Shown here: positions 1-14,600 of the stretch, in pieces
How the letters are laid out: each line of letters begins with the position of its first letter
How positions within the stretch are numbered: position 1 is the first letter of the stretch
Assembly: GCF_000181795.1 (NCBI RefSeq)
Contig: NW_003526945.1
Location: 955,766 to 1,019,765 of the forward strand
Direction: 5' to 3'
Length of the DNA: 64,000 nucleotides
Source of the DNA: Trichinella spiralis
Lineage: Eukaryota
Position numbers and translations under genes: made by a program
The notes under the pieces: generated by a model
What the model was told of the DNA's origin: nothing
Database searches by the model: none
What the model saw: the letters and a program-made list of their open reading frames with translations, nothing else

Positions 1-400
1 AAAAAAATTTTTTTTTTTTTAGGGGGGGGGAAAAAAAGGAAAAAACCCCCGGGGGAAAAAAAAAAAAAAAAGGGGGGGGGTTTTTTGGGCCGTTTTAAAA
101 AAACCGTTGGGAAAAAAAATTTTTTTTTAAAATTTTTTTCCCAAAAGGGCCCCAAAAAAGAAAGGAAAAATTGGGTTTTCCCCCAAACCCCCCAAAAAAT
201 TTTCCCCCGGGCCAACCCCATTTTTCAAGGGAATTCCCCCCCTTTAAAAGGGGAAAAAATTTTTTTTTTTTTCCCAAAATTTCAACCCCTTCTGGGAACT
301 TTTTTCAGGGGGATTTCCCAGGGGGGGGGGGGGTTCCTGGGGTTTTAAAAGATAGGGCCCCGGGGCAACCTTTTGGGGGCTTTTTTTTTTGGCCACGTAC
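1..400. other. Low-complexity homopolymer-run sequence, probably a poor-quality read or contig end
   Basis: Almost entirely runs of A, T, G and C, unlike the rest of the window. The ORFs here are F/K/G/P-rich artefacts of those runs. Confidence 0.8.
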
Positions 401-485
401 CGCGTTTTGTTTGGGCGGGGAACCTTCCAGAACCTATTAATTTTTCATAATTTAGCATATATGAAATACAAAATATGCAAGCATA

Positions 486-950
486 CATATGCAAAAAAGT
501 AAAACTTTATACAGGATTTTAACAAAGTCCAAATAAAAAGGAACGAAAATGAAATGTGAAACAAATAAGCAAATGGTTTGGCTTCGTTGATTTTTATAAC
601 AAATCTATCATTGTTTTACCTATAAAAAGGAATTCATTTAACAAGGGTTGTTCCTGCTTTTCATTTAAATACCAAAAATTTTTAAATTAAAATTCTTTGT
701 TCGGAGAAGTTTTTGATTGGCTGCAATTTAGAGATAAGAATTGTACACAATTATCCGATTTGGAAGTTATTTTCGTGCAATATGTCAGTCATTTTATAAT
801 AAAAATTCCAAGTGCTGAAATCGGCAGCTTTATCAAATTTCTCAAAAAAATTATTGATTTCGGGTTTTCATAATTTACATACCTTTAACTGGCACAAAAC
901 TGTTTGCTCTTAACACAAAATTATTTAACAATACGATGTAGTTTCTGAGA
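486..950. repeat. Copy A of a diverged ~470-bp direct duplication
   Basis: Collinear anchors shared with 1756-2220 at an offset of ~1270: aacaaagtc (521/1792), ttgttcctg (648/1921), ttttcgtgcaatatg (770/2039), tttatcaaatttctcaaaaaa, catacct (878/2147) and gtagtttctga. Confidence 0.85.
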
Positions 951-1755
951 TGTTCGGAATAATGTCCACTGTGGATACTGGTGAATTTCTCTAAAGTTTC
1001 GAACAAATACCATGCATGAGCCCAATAATGTAACATAAATTGTGAATTTATTTAATTTTATAGCTTTTGTAATGAATTTCAACTCTGGGCGACTACATAT
1101 TATAGTAATTATGCAAATCGCCATTGCATCGTTGTTGCTTAACGAAATTAATTTCAAATATTCACAAATGTGCCATATATCATGACTTTAATAATTGAAA
1201 AAGACGGTAAACGGGATTGGATGCAATGAAATGTTTACTTTTCAGCAAAGTAAACAGTTACAACGCTTTCGTTTTGATTCGATGCAATTAATGATTACTT
1301 AACAGTTATAATTTCAGAAATTCAAAAAAAGCGGTAAAATGGTAGAAATCTCATAAGTTCGATATCAAAAATGTCTCATGTGCAGAAATTGACAATCTCT
1401 GCTTCCGTTTAAAACAGTTACTGATGGGCGACTTCCCTAAGCATTAAAATAGGCAGTACCTCAAGTTTAGAGCCCATCTATTCCACAACTAACCGGCAGT
1501 TTATGGTCACAATCTCCAAAAAAACATTTTTTCTATCAATATGAAGCTGTAACAATGAAAAAAAGTCAAAAATTTGAAAACGAATTTTTCGTTGATTTTC
1601 GCAAAAGCAACCAAGTCTCTAGCCCACGAAATTTTGCAATTTTCGAGAAAAATGTTTTTCAACAAAAATTAAAGAAATTGATTTTTATCGGTACAAAATT
1701 ATTCCCTAACTATTATAAACATATCTGGACGGCTGGCGATTGCGGATTTCTTGAG

Positions 1756-2220
1756 ATATACACAAAAAAGTGAAACTTAATATAGGAATTTAACAAAGTC
1801 GAAATAAAAAGGAATAAAAATTAAAAGTAAAATAAATGTGCATACTGAACAATGTCTTTAATTTTTGTTGCGAAGTTATCAATGTTTTCCACCGAAAAAA
1901 GAACTGTATTTTAATAAGAATTGTTCCTGATTTTCATTTATGCAACAGGAACTTTCAAAATTAAATGCGTTTGTCTACTGAATTTTAATTTACTTTCCAC
2001 ACACATTTCAGAGATCAAGAGATCACATTAGACAGCTATTTTCGTGCAATATGCCAGTCTTTTTATTCTATAAATTTCAAATGCTCTAACCTGCAAATTT
2101 ATCAAATTTCTCAAAAAAGCATCGATTGAGGGTTATTGAAACTTTTCATACCTATAATCGGCACACAGTTGCTTGCAATATTCATAAAATTATTTCACAA
2201 TAGGCCGTAGTTTCTGATAA
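1756..2220. repeat. Copy B of a diverged ~470-bp direct duplication
   Basis: Carries the same anchors as copy A (486-950), in the same order and orientation. Confidence 0.85.
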
Positions 2221-2689
2221 GCATGGAGCGATTTTCGTCTAAAAGTATGCTTTTTTAAATTTTATATTTGTTTTTTATACCTGTTAAAATGATAATTTCA
2301 GAGTTGAATTGCGAATGTCTGAACAAGCTTTGCAGTAGTTCTCCGATCGATTTGTCATTATTTGGGAAAGAAAGTTTTCTCGAGAATGGAAATTTTTTGA
2401 GAAAATTTATTCGAGACGACAGAGCTTTTCATCATTTCTCGCTTTTTCTTCTTTTTATTTATGTAAAATAGCAGATGCTGATGAGATATGCATATATTTT
2501 TTGCAAAAAATTGGACACATGATATGCACATACAAAAAAATAATACACGACCGTGTTGGTTGATGACTCATTCGAAGCAGTTGCGCGAGGGTTTGGGCTG
2601 GTGAAGTGATTTATGAAAATTTCAAGAGTGGATGGATTGTAGGTTGAATGCATTTTGAGAAATGCAGTTGAGTAGGAAAAGTTCAACGT

Positions 2690-5600
2690 TCACAGGTTCG
2701 TTTCATGAGGATAACGACGAAGCGGGAGGGCGCATTCGCCGGGCAACGCAAGTGAACGTGGACGTTCCAATGGTCCTAGAATGTAGTCGATCCGTTCTCG
2801 ACTGCAACAACGATTCGACTGCTTGGAACTGGAACCAGACGAAGAAAATGCGCTGTCGCTTGTGGTCTTTTCTTCCACACCGGTCAATTCACAGTCATAT
2901 TCAGCAATTGGACCCATAACTCGTTCGACACGCTCTGGTTCCGGTAAATGGTCAGAGCCGTGCAACCGTTCGGACGACAACCAATTCTTAAGTCTCAGCG
3001 CCAACGGTACTGCTCCACCGGACAGACGTTCGATAAAACGGCTGCGCGTTGGCGAGCAGAAATCGCCCATCGAATGCGGTCTAGAGCTGACGTTGAACGA
3101 TTTTTTCTTTCTCAATCTCACGAAGCGACTTTTGGAAAATTCATCCTCAACGGGCGACAAACAACTCTGGCTGGAACGTTCAGCAGATTCACCACTTTGC
3201 ACACTGATGAATCCTGTCATTGGAGCGTGCGCAAGCACTTGTGGTGTACTCAGGATTGCCTTCATGTGTTTGGAACGTTCAATGGAACTTCCCAAATCGC
3301 TGGTCACCGACGACAGTGTACCTGTAGACTGTGCCCACTGTCGTGCTCTGTTCAATTCAGAACCACCTAGCCAGCTTAAATCGGTTGAAATTTTGTGCCC
3401 AATTCTGGCATCACTTGTCGACCGTCTACCGTACAAACCGAACACTTTCACGAATGAATTCTAAAAATTGTGTTTTAAAATTACAACCATACCAATCATC
3501 AACGAGAAGAGGCGAATCGAAAAATAAATAAATAAATAACGGCAAAATTTTTAAAGATCGTACTTTCACTGACTGATGACGAGTTCCGTTTGATTTATCG
3601 TTTGCAAATTCACTGATTACGCTTTGCAACTTGGCACTAGGCGATTCGCAGTTTCTGTACAATGACAACAAACGAACCCTTGAATAGAAACAAAGATTCT
3701 CATTGGCTCACCGAACATCATATTGTGTAGTAAATTGAATAATACTATTAAAAAAAATAATTATTATTATTATTATATTTAGTTTAAAGAAAAATTATAG
3801 TTTCTTTTTCTGCTTTAAAAACATTCAACAAGTCGAAGTTAGCATTATTAATGAAACAAAAATTAAGATGCTGTTCATAAAAGCGTATTTAGCGCAGTGT
3901 GGACAGCAAGTGCATGCAATATGCAAAATTAATGATTAATTATGACAAATTTGTACTTTTCCGCTGCAACAAGAGCTGAAAATTTCAACTGCAAATGACG
4001 TCTTGGCATCTGCTTGGAACTGGGAATACGAAGCACTTCGGCAAATTGAGTAAAGCCGAAAGAAGAGTCGAGAATGAACAACGCACCGTGCACTCCTGAC
4101 TGACGTAAGTTATCTGCATATTCTGCCAAATCAATCTGCTGAACCCATTTGATTACACGTTCGTTAGTCCACCACAGTAAATGGCTGTCTTGATTGACGC
4201 TTTCAGAGCGATTTTTCGTCAACAACTACGTGAAACAAAATACTACACATTTATACATAAATTAAACATTAAAATAATACAAGTGCAGTTATGCATAAAA
4301 TTATCCATAAATTAATAATATTCCACATTAATAATTTAAATATGCAATAGTTTACTTTTAGAAAAAGCTCTGCTGTGCATGCATAATATTTTTACCTTGA
4401 CATCAAATTGTGTCATCCGTAATGTTTCAATGCCTGCTAATATGGCTGCCTGGTGTAAGCGCTTGGTTACTGAAAGATGCTTTACAAGATGCTTCTTCTG
4501 CAAAGCGTTCAACACACGGCCATCTACGAGATTATTCAAAAATAAGTTTGAATACTGAGGCAGTCCAATCGATGGCAAGAAAGTATTTCCAATGTAATGG
4601 TGAGTCATCTCTTTTATACACGGATACTTGCTGAAATAAGCAAACAACAGCACATTAATTTACACAAAATGAATATCCAATTTTTTGTCTTTTGTAAAAA
4701 AAAACTCAACAGCTGTGACGTTAACAATGGTAGTGGGTAATTGAATGACAGAAGGTGAAGAAGCATTGAATTGAAGCTTCATTTACTGACTGATTTGTTT
4801 CAGCTTGACCGACAATAATGTCACTTAATATCACCATCTAATTGAATAACATTTCAACGTGGCTTAATTTCACAATACCATTTCAGCGCTATCTCTATTA
4901 CAGCATCATTAGTAGATGAATATCTAATACAAATGCTAAAGCAGCGGCTGACCAACCACTGAGCACAATTTCAAATATAACTTCTTTTGGTGTAATTCAA
5001 TTTCGCCTAGCTACTGAATCGCATTTCTGTAACAAATAAAACAGATCCTCTTTATGATCCTTTACATTGGAAAATCGATTAATTTTATCGAAAAAATCTG
5101 TTTTCCAAATATCTTTATGAATCCCTGGGGTAATGTTATGTTGGAAAAATTTTTGCAAACGTTTCAACAAACATGTGTGCAACATATAAAATGCTATTTT
5201 TACAAACAAAAATGCTTCACAAATAAATTCACTTGATGCAATGCGAGAAATAAAAAAAAATTCTTATTACCATAAAGAAGGCACACGATATTCATCCAAG
5301 GCTAAACGTAATTTTTTCTTGTGCATCGGGTTCGCAATACCAAGAGTGTTTTCCATTTCGAAATCGGAAAGTTCAGCAAGAGCTTTACCACTTTTCACAT
5401 TTGACTCAAACGCTTTCACATAATGAATCATGCCCATTTCCAGTCTCAACCATGCAGTGATGTGAGCCAACTTCCACTGGCTCAACGGCATGCTTCTCGC
5501 TCTCAGCAAGTAATCGGCCCTTTCGGCCAAATTCAATTCTTGTGTAATGGGATCATGCTCTGAGAGGATTTCAACAAATTGTATTAAAAAAAAAGAAAAA

Positions 5601-8600
5601 TCCTACTTCACGCGTAACAACTATTTTACCGGAAAAAGAATCTAACGATTCGCAAACTTTCGCTTTGCTTTTCGCAAAGTGCAGCAATTTGGAAAGCCGG
5701 TTGCCGTTGTCTTCAGCGTGGGCATCTTTGCGACTGCGGCATCGTCGAAATGAATATGCAAATGGAATTCGTTCAAAAGCAGCACCGCTGTCTTTCAATG
5801 TCGATTCTGAGCTAGATTTCAAATGTTGCGAAAATGCGCCACCGTTTGCCAAAAAATGCGGCTCTTCTGAATCAGTCACCGGAGACGATTCATCATCACT
5901 TTGGACAGCCACACTGCCCAGTGAAACAGAATTCGCCCCTTCGCAGTTGTACACCGTTTTGCCGGTAAGAAGTAAAAATCGACCCTGCATCTAAACGAAA
6001 AAATGTTTTACAAATACAGAAAATCAAAAAAAAATTATCATATACTTCTTTTAAGCTGGCCTGAAGCCTGGAATTTTCTTGCTGCTCTTTAGTCAAGTCT
6101 TGCTTTTGAGCACTGAGCTGCTGATTAGCTTTCGACAATTGTTCCGTTGCTTTGCTATATTCCGCTTCCAGCTTTTGCTTTTCCCACAATAGCTGGAAAA
6201 TGTTAACAAAATTATATTATTAAATACACGTCATTGTTGAACGTTGCATCACTGAACAATGAACAAATAAATGTGACTAATTCTTCGATCAACAAATGCT
6301 AAATTTGAGCATCCATTTTTAAAAATTCAACACAAATCAGCAAAACAGTAGTGAAAATTTTTCATACTCTGAATAAGAAGACAATGAAAATCAAATTTAT
6401 TATTGTAATAATGAATAAAATTTTCAAATCTTAATGCAAGTCGTTTTGATTTAACAAATGCTCCAATCAACAATTCAGTCAACAAACAATCACATTTGCA
6501 AAATATGTCATGCTAAATTTTAATATTTCAATAGTATCTATTTATTGATGCTTGATAGCAAAATTAATTGTTCAATCAAATTTAACTTTGATAAAAGTTA
6601 TCAGCCACTACTTACTACTCGGGCAATAATTTGAAGAGAAAAAACATGTCAATACAATAATAATCCCGGTAAAAGTTTCCAAAAAAAAACTTTCTTTGCA
6701 AAGCAGAATAATAAAATACATGTAAAAAGCCGCAGAAACAAGAACTGAAATTTCAACATTAAAATTTCTATTTTCAAATTTTTAAATTAAATGTGAATAT
6801 TTGTTCTAGCTTAAAAATTGTCAGATTTTTTGTTATATTTGAATTTGAAAAACAACGCAATCCCACGTCAAAGCACCTAATCCTGATTGATAAAAAAAAA
6901 TAGCAGCATAGTGAAGAATAATGTTGATTGTGAAATGCAAGTGATAAAAAATGCATATAAATAAATTTTGAAAAAAAATCGAAACCCTATCCCCACCCCG
7001 TCTATAACATGCATACCTGCTTTGTTTGCATGTCACTTTCTTGTACTCTTTGTTCCAAAGTGCGAACAAACTCTTTAATATGACTTTCCTTTTTTTCCAA
7101 AGCGTCGCAAAGCTCTTTCATTTGATTGAACAATTCTGCTTTTTCGTGTCTCAACCTTTTCTGATCGGCTTGTGTTGCTAAAATTAAAAATTTTTGAAAA
7201 AATGACATTTACACATTCACGCAGTGGAATTTATTTATTTGAATACCAAAAAGAGCTTCTCTAGCTTGTAACAATTCGTGTTGCAATTCAGCAATGTTTG
7301 CACAAATTTGTTCATTTGGATTTATACTGCTTTTCAATCGACAAATGTCATCTGCTGCTGCTGCTGCTGCTGCTGTTGCTGTTGCTGTTGCCGTTGTTGC
7401 TGCTGTTTCTGTTGAATTCATTAAATTGCCTTCTTTTTTAAGCAAAAATATTTGCCTTTGTAAAAGTCTCAGTTCAGCTTTTAAATGAGCATTTTCATCA
7501 CACAGGCAATAAATTTTTCTTTCCAATTCGTGTTCTGAAATAGCAAACGAATATTTTGTTTCCAATTTTCTCTCTTAAATTTCAAAAAGCTGCTCAACAA
7601 TGCTCAAACAAATTAATAAATGAGAGACGGTTGATGTACGAATTCTGACTTATATATATACATTTTTCTTTCATCCAACTATTTATCATTAAACATTGCT
7701 CGTTTTTCGTCATTATAAAATTATTATTAATTTTTACAAAATGACAGCTTTTGATAGATATGGCATCATTTCTTATGAAAATCAAATCTTCAAATTTATA
7801 CCTTCTTTCTTATTATGTTGAGACTGGTCACGGTTCAGTGATTGAAATAGGTTCAAGAAATGATCAATCAGTGCAATATAAGTTTTTCCAATCCTAATAA
7901 TCTAGTACGACCTTGAGCATTTGTTTTCAGTCCGTCAGCAAAAAGCAAGCGGATGTGACAGGCATTGTATGCCTGCCTTATGCAGAGACGATGGTGACTC
8001 AGGAACAATTTGGGCCAAACAGAACACCGTTGTCGACAACAACAACAACAACTACCAAGCATTTATTCCTATATTCAATTTACTACCAACTTCTCTCGAC
8101 AACATACGTATCACTTGATACAATGTTATAGATGAAATGTTTTTATTTGCTAATTTTTATTTCTTTTTTTTTATTCAGAAATTTTTGTAAAATAAAATTA
8201 TCAAATGCAATACAATTTGTTCAATAATCTCAGTAATGAGTCATACGTGTTGCAATTTTTACTCTCAGTCATAGGAAACAATTGCGCCAGCTTCAATACA
8301 CCCACACAATTAAACAATAAATTCTAAAGCAGCAAGCAAGCAAGCAAGCAAGAAAAGCACTCTTTTTAAACAATTTAACTAAACTAAAAGTTGTTCAGTA
8401 AATACGATCAATGAAAAAGCAAGTTTATCATTAAAAGCTAAGCTCTAAATTTATCTTATTTGTAATCAGACTTGTCAAAATTTGCAGTTAACAAAGGAAA
8501 TTGAAAAGCGAACAGCTTTTATCATCATTTTCCACAATAATGAGAGAAAAATACAAAAAATGAGAAAATCTTAAATTTTAATCATTCTGAGATTCTGAGA

Positions 8601-11600
8601 GAGAAAGAGAGAAAGTTGTTCAAGTTCATCTCTTCCATTATCGATGTGATCAGTAATAAATATTGCCGCTGCTAGTGCTGCTCATTTGTAATAAATAAAA
8701 TAAATAATGAATTGCATTTAAATTTGACCTACGAGAAGAAGAAAACGTTTTTTTTCTGCTTGATTGAAGCTGAAACAGCAATCGCATATTAAAAATATCA
8801 TTCAGAGTAGTAATGCGAAAGTAAAGTCCGCAGTAACGATGACCACCGGTTTTCAAAATTTGCGTCTCCAATGATAGCTATTGATGACTTAGAAATAAAT
8901 CTCTCTCGTTCTCTCTCTCTCTGTGTGTAGGTGTTGTTTGAATAAAACTGAACATGTGAAGTGATAATTTCAGTCACTTGGCGGACGAAAAATGTGCCTT
9001 CTCACAGCATGAACAGGAAGGATTAACGCACCCCCCCCCTGTGGACAAGTTCATCGTAGGTGTCGATTGTCGAAAAAAGAAAGACATCAAATGTAGAACA
9101 CACAATATATATATTTGTGAAAAGAAAGCTTGTTCCTTCTTTTCGTTTTTTTCCCCTCTTTGTTATTTCAAAAAGTGCCAAACTTACAATGACCCTGGCA
9201 AGATGATTTTAACTATGCTGTGCAGTGCGGTGAAGAAGAGATACATCGAAAATGGGGGAAGGGGTGGTGGGGGAGAGGGGTAGCCTGCAACTACTGAGTT
9301 GAAAACAGATAACTAACTAATTAATCAAAAAAAAAGAAAAAAGAAAAACAATCACCTTCCATCAATGCTCATATTGAGCAGTATAGATGAAAAGAAAAAC
9401 ACTTACCCTGTGAATTCATGTCTGATTCTGGAGGTGAATCGCTGATCATCATACTTTCTTCCAAATCGTCCACGCGACGTTTGGCAAAAGCGACTTCTTT
9501 TCGCAATGAGTTCAACTGATTATGACATCGATTGATTTCTCGATTTAGATGAGTATTGAAGAGATAATTGTCGCTAGCCTAAATGGGTTCAATCAATGAA
9601 CATTGTGCTGCATTTGGTTAGGACGGATTTGTTCAGATGGATGAGCGTCTGAACTTTTTTGCCCGTCAACACGACGGCATTTTAAAATAAGCAAGCAAGC
9701 AAAGATCAAAACAAAAAGGTGTATTCTTATAGCCGATGTCTGAACTTCTGAAACTAGACCTTTAAGCTCGCCGATCAGAGAAAAAGCATGCTTATTAGTA
9801 GTAAACGAGTAGTCACTATTTGAGCAACACTAGTTAAGCTGAGTGTGGTGTAGTTTAAAAAGAAACAGCAAATGCAGTTGCAGTCGAAACAGCAGGCAAA
9901 ATTTCGAGACGAACTCGCGTCCGCTGTTGCTGCCATTGCAAACGTTTGACGCTTTCCTATAGCTTCTGTTCAGCCACGGCATTTCTTTTATCTAGCCTTC
10001 AAGCATCCGACTGACCATCATGGCACATCTCCTCCTCGATTATATGACGGCGCCAAGCTATTGCAAGAGCGGCTGCTTAAGTTATCTGTCAGCTGCGCTG
10101 CCTATGCAAAAGTATCTTTTGCTTATTTGTCAAACGCCGTTGAAACGTCTCCGCTTCTTCGCGCATGCTATACTAACGGTAACAAATGGCCGTCAATGCT
10201 ACTGATCCTTCTAGGTCAAAACGCCGCCTACTGCTGTTGACCGCGTGACTTTGAAAATCGAATAAAAAGCTAATAGAAAAGATGTCGACGGAAGAAAAAG
10301 CGAGAAAGAGAGAGAGAGAGAGGGGGAGGGGGGGGGAGGGAGAGGGAAAGCAAAGGAAAAGAACGAAAAGCAACTTGGTCAGGAAAAGAAGGTTTGCCGT
10401 AAGTGCACGTTATGGCTTTTCATAGCTGATGAATTAACTATTCATTATGCAGAGACAGTTGTTCTTGAAATGACAATGACAGCTCACCACCACGGCTAAT
10501 CTGTTGATCGTAAATCTTATTCGGCGCCGGTTCTGTCGATGAGTCAGTCACACACACGCACACACAAGAAAAACGCCAACATATAAAATGTTTCTTTTCT
10601 TTCAACAGCTACTTTTACAGCACGTCCCATTTTTCGCGTCATTTAAATATTTTTAAACTGTTTCCACTATACAGCTGATGATAAGAGATGTCAACACTAT
10701 GCGCATGTTTCTCTCTTTCTCTCTCGATGTATATATATATTGCAGATTGAAAATAGTAGGAAAAAAAAGAAAATTCTGAATGCTTGATTTTTTGAAACGT
10801 GATAATATTTTTTTTGTTCACTTTCAAAAGAAAGATGTGATGAAAAAAAATAGCAAAAAAAAGAAAATTTGTTGAAAAGTGCATTCCACAGAAACAGAAA
10901 AATAAAAATGAACAATGATCAGGGCATGTGGGAAACAAAAAAAAACAAAAAAGAAAAAATACTTCAAATCTGTTTTAAAAAATACACGCCATAATTCGCA
11001 ATTTTATAATATTAATTATTATTCAGGAAAAAATAGCATAAGAAAATGCACATGTGTTATAGTGTGAAGAGGAAAAGAAAACAGCGAGATATGTGTGAGC
11101 AACTGTAGTGAGGAATTTTTGCTGCGTGTCAATAGAGCTATATGTTGTTTACATTTGTTCAATAGCAATGCGTTGGCTTGCTATTTCTCAAGCTTTCGCT
11201 TTCGTCTTCACTAAATACAACAACTACATAACAATATTGTACAATAAATTTGATTTAATTGCATGGAAAAAAAATCTAACCAATGAAAATTTCATTGTTC
11301 GATAGAATTGTTTTCCAAAATAATTTTCCCCAATCCATGCATATCATTTGTGAAAGCCATTTGCATAGATGCTTTAACGAAAATATAACGTGTTCATTTT
11401 CAAGAAAATCACCCATATGAGCAGTAACAATTTTCTCCTTTAATATAATGTAAAGTGCAACATATGACATATTGTTTGAAGATATTTAAAAATTAGTTAT
11501 AAATTCAAAGAAGATAAGAATTATTGGCATATTTAGTAATGATATTTTAAAATAACTCAACGCTTGGCTTAAAATTTAACTCCATTGAACATATTCAAAA

Positions 11601-14600
11601 TAGAAATAAATAATTTAGAATTGCCAAATTGATTAATCTACTGCATAATGTGATTTGTGAAATGAAAAATTTTCAAACTGAACTCGACACTTCATTCATT
11701 ACACACGTATTATATTATAATTCTCATGAATAGCTATTATGAAATTTAAAACTAACACATTTGAAATATGAATGTACAAATGTAAATTGACAGCTTTGTA
11801 GTCGATTGAAATATATGATCAGCTTATGAAACATAAGATGCTTTTAAAGAAAACTAACGAGTTATTTTTAAACATACGTTATGAACATTCACAGCAAATT
11901 GTATAAAAAAATTAAAAATTGCAAATAAATATAATTTTAAAAAATAATATCAAATTATGACCGTGATGTCGATTTATTCATATGGAAGACATGAATTTTA
12001 CACCGAATGATTTCGAGTTGGAAAGCAAAAAATAGTGAGGACGCTAGTCTTGATTGTGTCGACAGCTTTGTGTAGCAGATGTGCATGCGCATTGTTCTTT
12101 TTATTTCTTTGCTTTCCATTTGAACAAATCACATGCTGCCCAAGATTGTCAGCTTGGTAATGCAGAAAGTATGAAAAAAGAAACTGAACCCCTTGAAATG
12201 ATTCTGCATTTTTTTGTTTTTTTCTTGTCAAATAAAACAATACATCTTTGATTTTATTATTATAATGAAATATAAAAAAAACTTCACATTTCAAATATTC
12301 TTATTCTCAATAGTAGTAGTTCATTTTAATTGCCCATGTCATCATCGTCATCGTCATCATCATCAGTAGACATTATTAGGTGAGCTTTGAAAAATTCCAC
12401 CTACAATGATTGTCATCGACATGAAAGCGTGTCAAAGTGTTTATTGAAAATTTGCAAACCTTTTAACTACAACACACGCCCGCGGACACTAACTACACTA
12501 CTTCCTTTAGACTTTGTTCAATATTTGTCATATTGTTAATTTTCGAATTGGATGCTTCACAAAAATAATTAATCACCTGCTGAACAATGGAATTCAATGA
12601 AAACTCATTTTCATAGCAGCTAACATTTTTTCCCCACTAAATATTTTGAACATTTTTCATTGCCACCTTCACATTGTCATTAATCGAACAGAAATTTCTG
12701 TAATTCAAACGTTCACATTTGAAGAAAAAAAATTAAAATATTTCCAAACACACTATTGGACAAAAGAATCTGACAAAAATACGATGCTTGCACATGTTCA
12801 CATTTGCCTGTTAGTAAATTTATTCATATTGAATCATATTTGAGCTCTCTCGAAGTGAAAATAAATAAATAATTTGAATTGCATAATAAATAACTCGGGG
12901 ATGATTTAATGATAATCATCGCTAGTTGAATTATGTTGTAGCAAGCTAGCTAAAATGTGCAACGAATACGAATATTGTAATTTACATGAAAGTGCCAACA
13001 ATCTACTGTCACCAATTATTTATACTGTGCATGAAAGTATGTCAAGACTGTTTTGTAAAACTATAGTTTCAATGTGCTTTTAGAAAGCAAACTAGATTTG
13101 ATATAATTCAATTTGATCACAATTTTAAATAATGTCCAAGTGGTAAAAATGTGGTAAATGAAGAATTTGAATATCAGCTTAAAGCTAGCTAAAAGTGAAT
13201 CTGGTGCAGTTGTTTTAAGCAAATTTTTGCTGTCATTGATAAATAAATATAGCTATGCTATTTGCACAGTTGATGTGAATTCACAAGGAAATTCAAAATG
13301 AGGGCAATACTGATATAACTGCATCCAAATTAATGCATTACTACTACTACTACTACTACTAGTAATATCATTGTCATGATACAGCAATAAAGAACTTTTG
13401 TAATACAAATATGAATAAGATATGAAAATTTAATTGCATTTTAAAAATTTAATAAACTTGAAATAAATGGGCATATAAATACTTTTTTAATCGACAAATT
13501 TTAACCATAAATTGTCATACTTACCAGTAAGCAACATTGATTTCGAGTTTCCGTAAGCAAGGATCGAATAAAGCAAAATTCAACTGTCGACGGATATGGA
13601 TTGTTGTCAGATGGAGTATTTTTCGCTTTTGCTGATTCTTCTAATTGAGACACTTCCTTTTGCAGGTGATCCAAAATTTCAATTGCTTAAAAAAGCCAAC
13701 AACGTATAAAGTGGTAGTGATGGTGATGAAGAGGCGTGAAAAATGTAACTTTTAATATGATACTGGACTTATTATTGGCTATTTATAAAAATGAGATGCT
13801 TGTCGTCTGGGTCAGTATGGCGTCAACAGATTTGCAGTGAGAAACTGAGGACCGACCTGACAGTGACTGTGAATACAAAGGTTAACTAAATATTGCCCTT
13901 CCCGGTATTCTTATTGTTTGTCTTATCGTCGTAGACGGACAAAATGTTGGTCTTGGTTCTCTTTTGTAAACCATGTTCCTCTTTTTGATACATTGTTGTA
14001 CATAGATGTCTAGCAGATAGTAGCAGCGACCTTTGCAGAACAGTAAGCCTTACAAAAGGCACTCACTTACTCGCCTTGATTGCTTCTGCAGCTTTTTTCA
14101 TATCAACCGTTCAGTATGCACGAGCAAGCAAACAATTTCATTAGACCAGTCTTGAGAACAGGTGCAAAATGGCCTATTCCCATTGGATTTATTTTCATAG
14201 TCAAATTATTAAATTTTCATAGGCAATCAATTTATGAAAAAAAATCAACCTCTGTTGAAAACTGTTGAAAAATGACTACAATAATTGATTTGGCATTGTC
14301 ACATTTGTGGTAACTTTTACCTGCTTTACTTTATTTTCGGTGAAAATACTTTCTCAATGTAAAAGTAGCTTCATAAATTTTTTTAACGTGCATCTATGAA
14401 TGGATGTCCAAAAAAAGGAGTCCATTTTTTGAGTTGTCACTCAGTTACTAGTCTAAAGTAGAGTAAGGTCAGTCTGTTGGAACGCTTTCAACTTGAACAC
14501 AATAAATAATCTCGAACATATTTCAAATTTTCCTTAAAATGAAAACGTTCTCCTTATGATCAATTTTTTATTCACTTATAAGTCAGCTTAAATTATTTCG

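Noticed and set aside
85..440. ORFs in the first 440 bp
   Set aside because: They are products of homopolymer runs in low-quality sequence.
2823..3464. 213-aa plus-strand ORF
   Set aside because: Antisense shadow of the last kazrin exon, with a non-ATG start and no recognisable motif.
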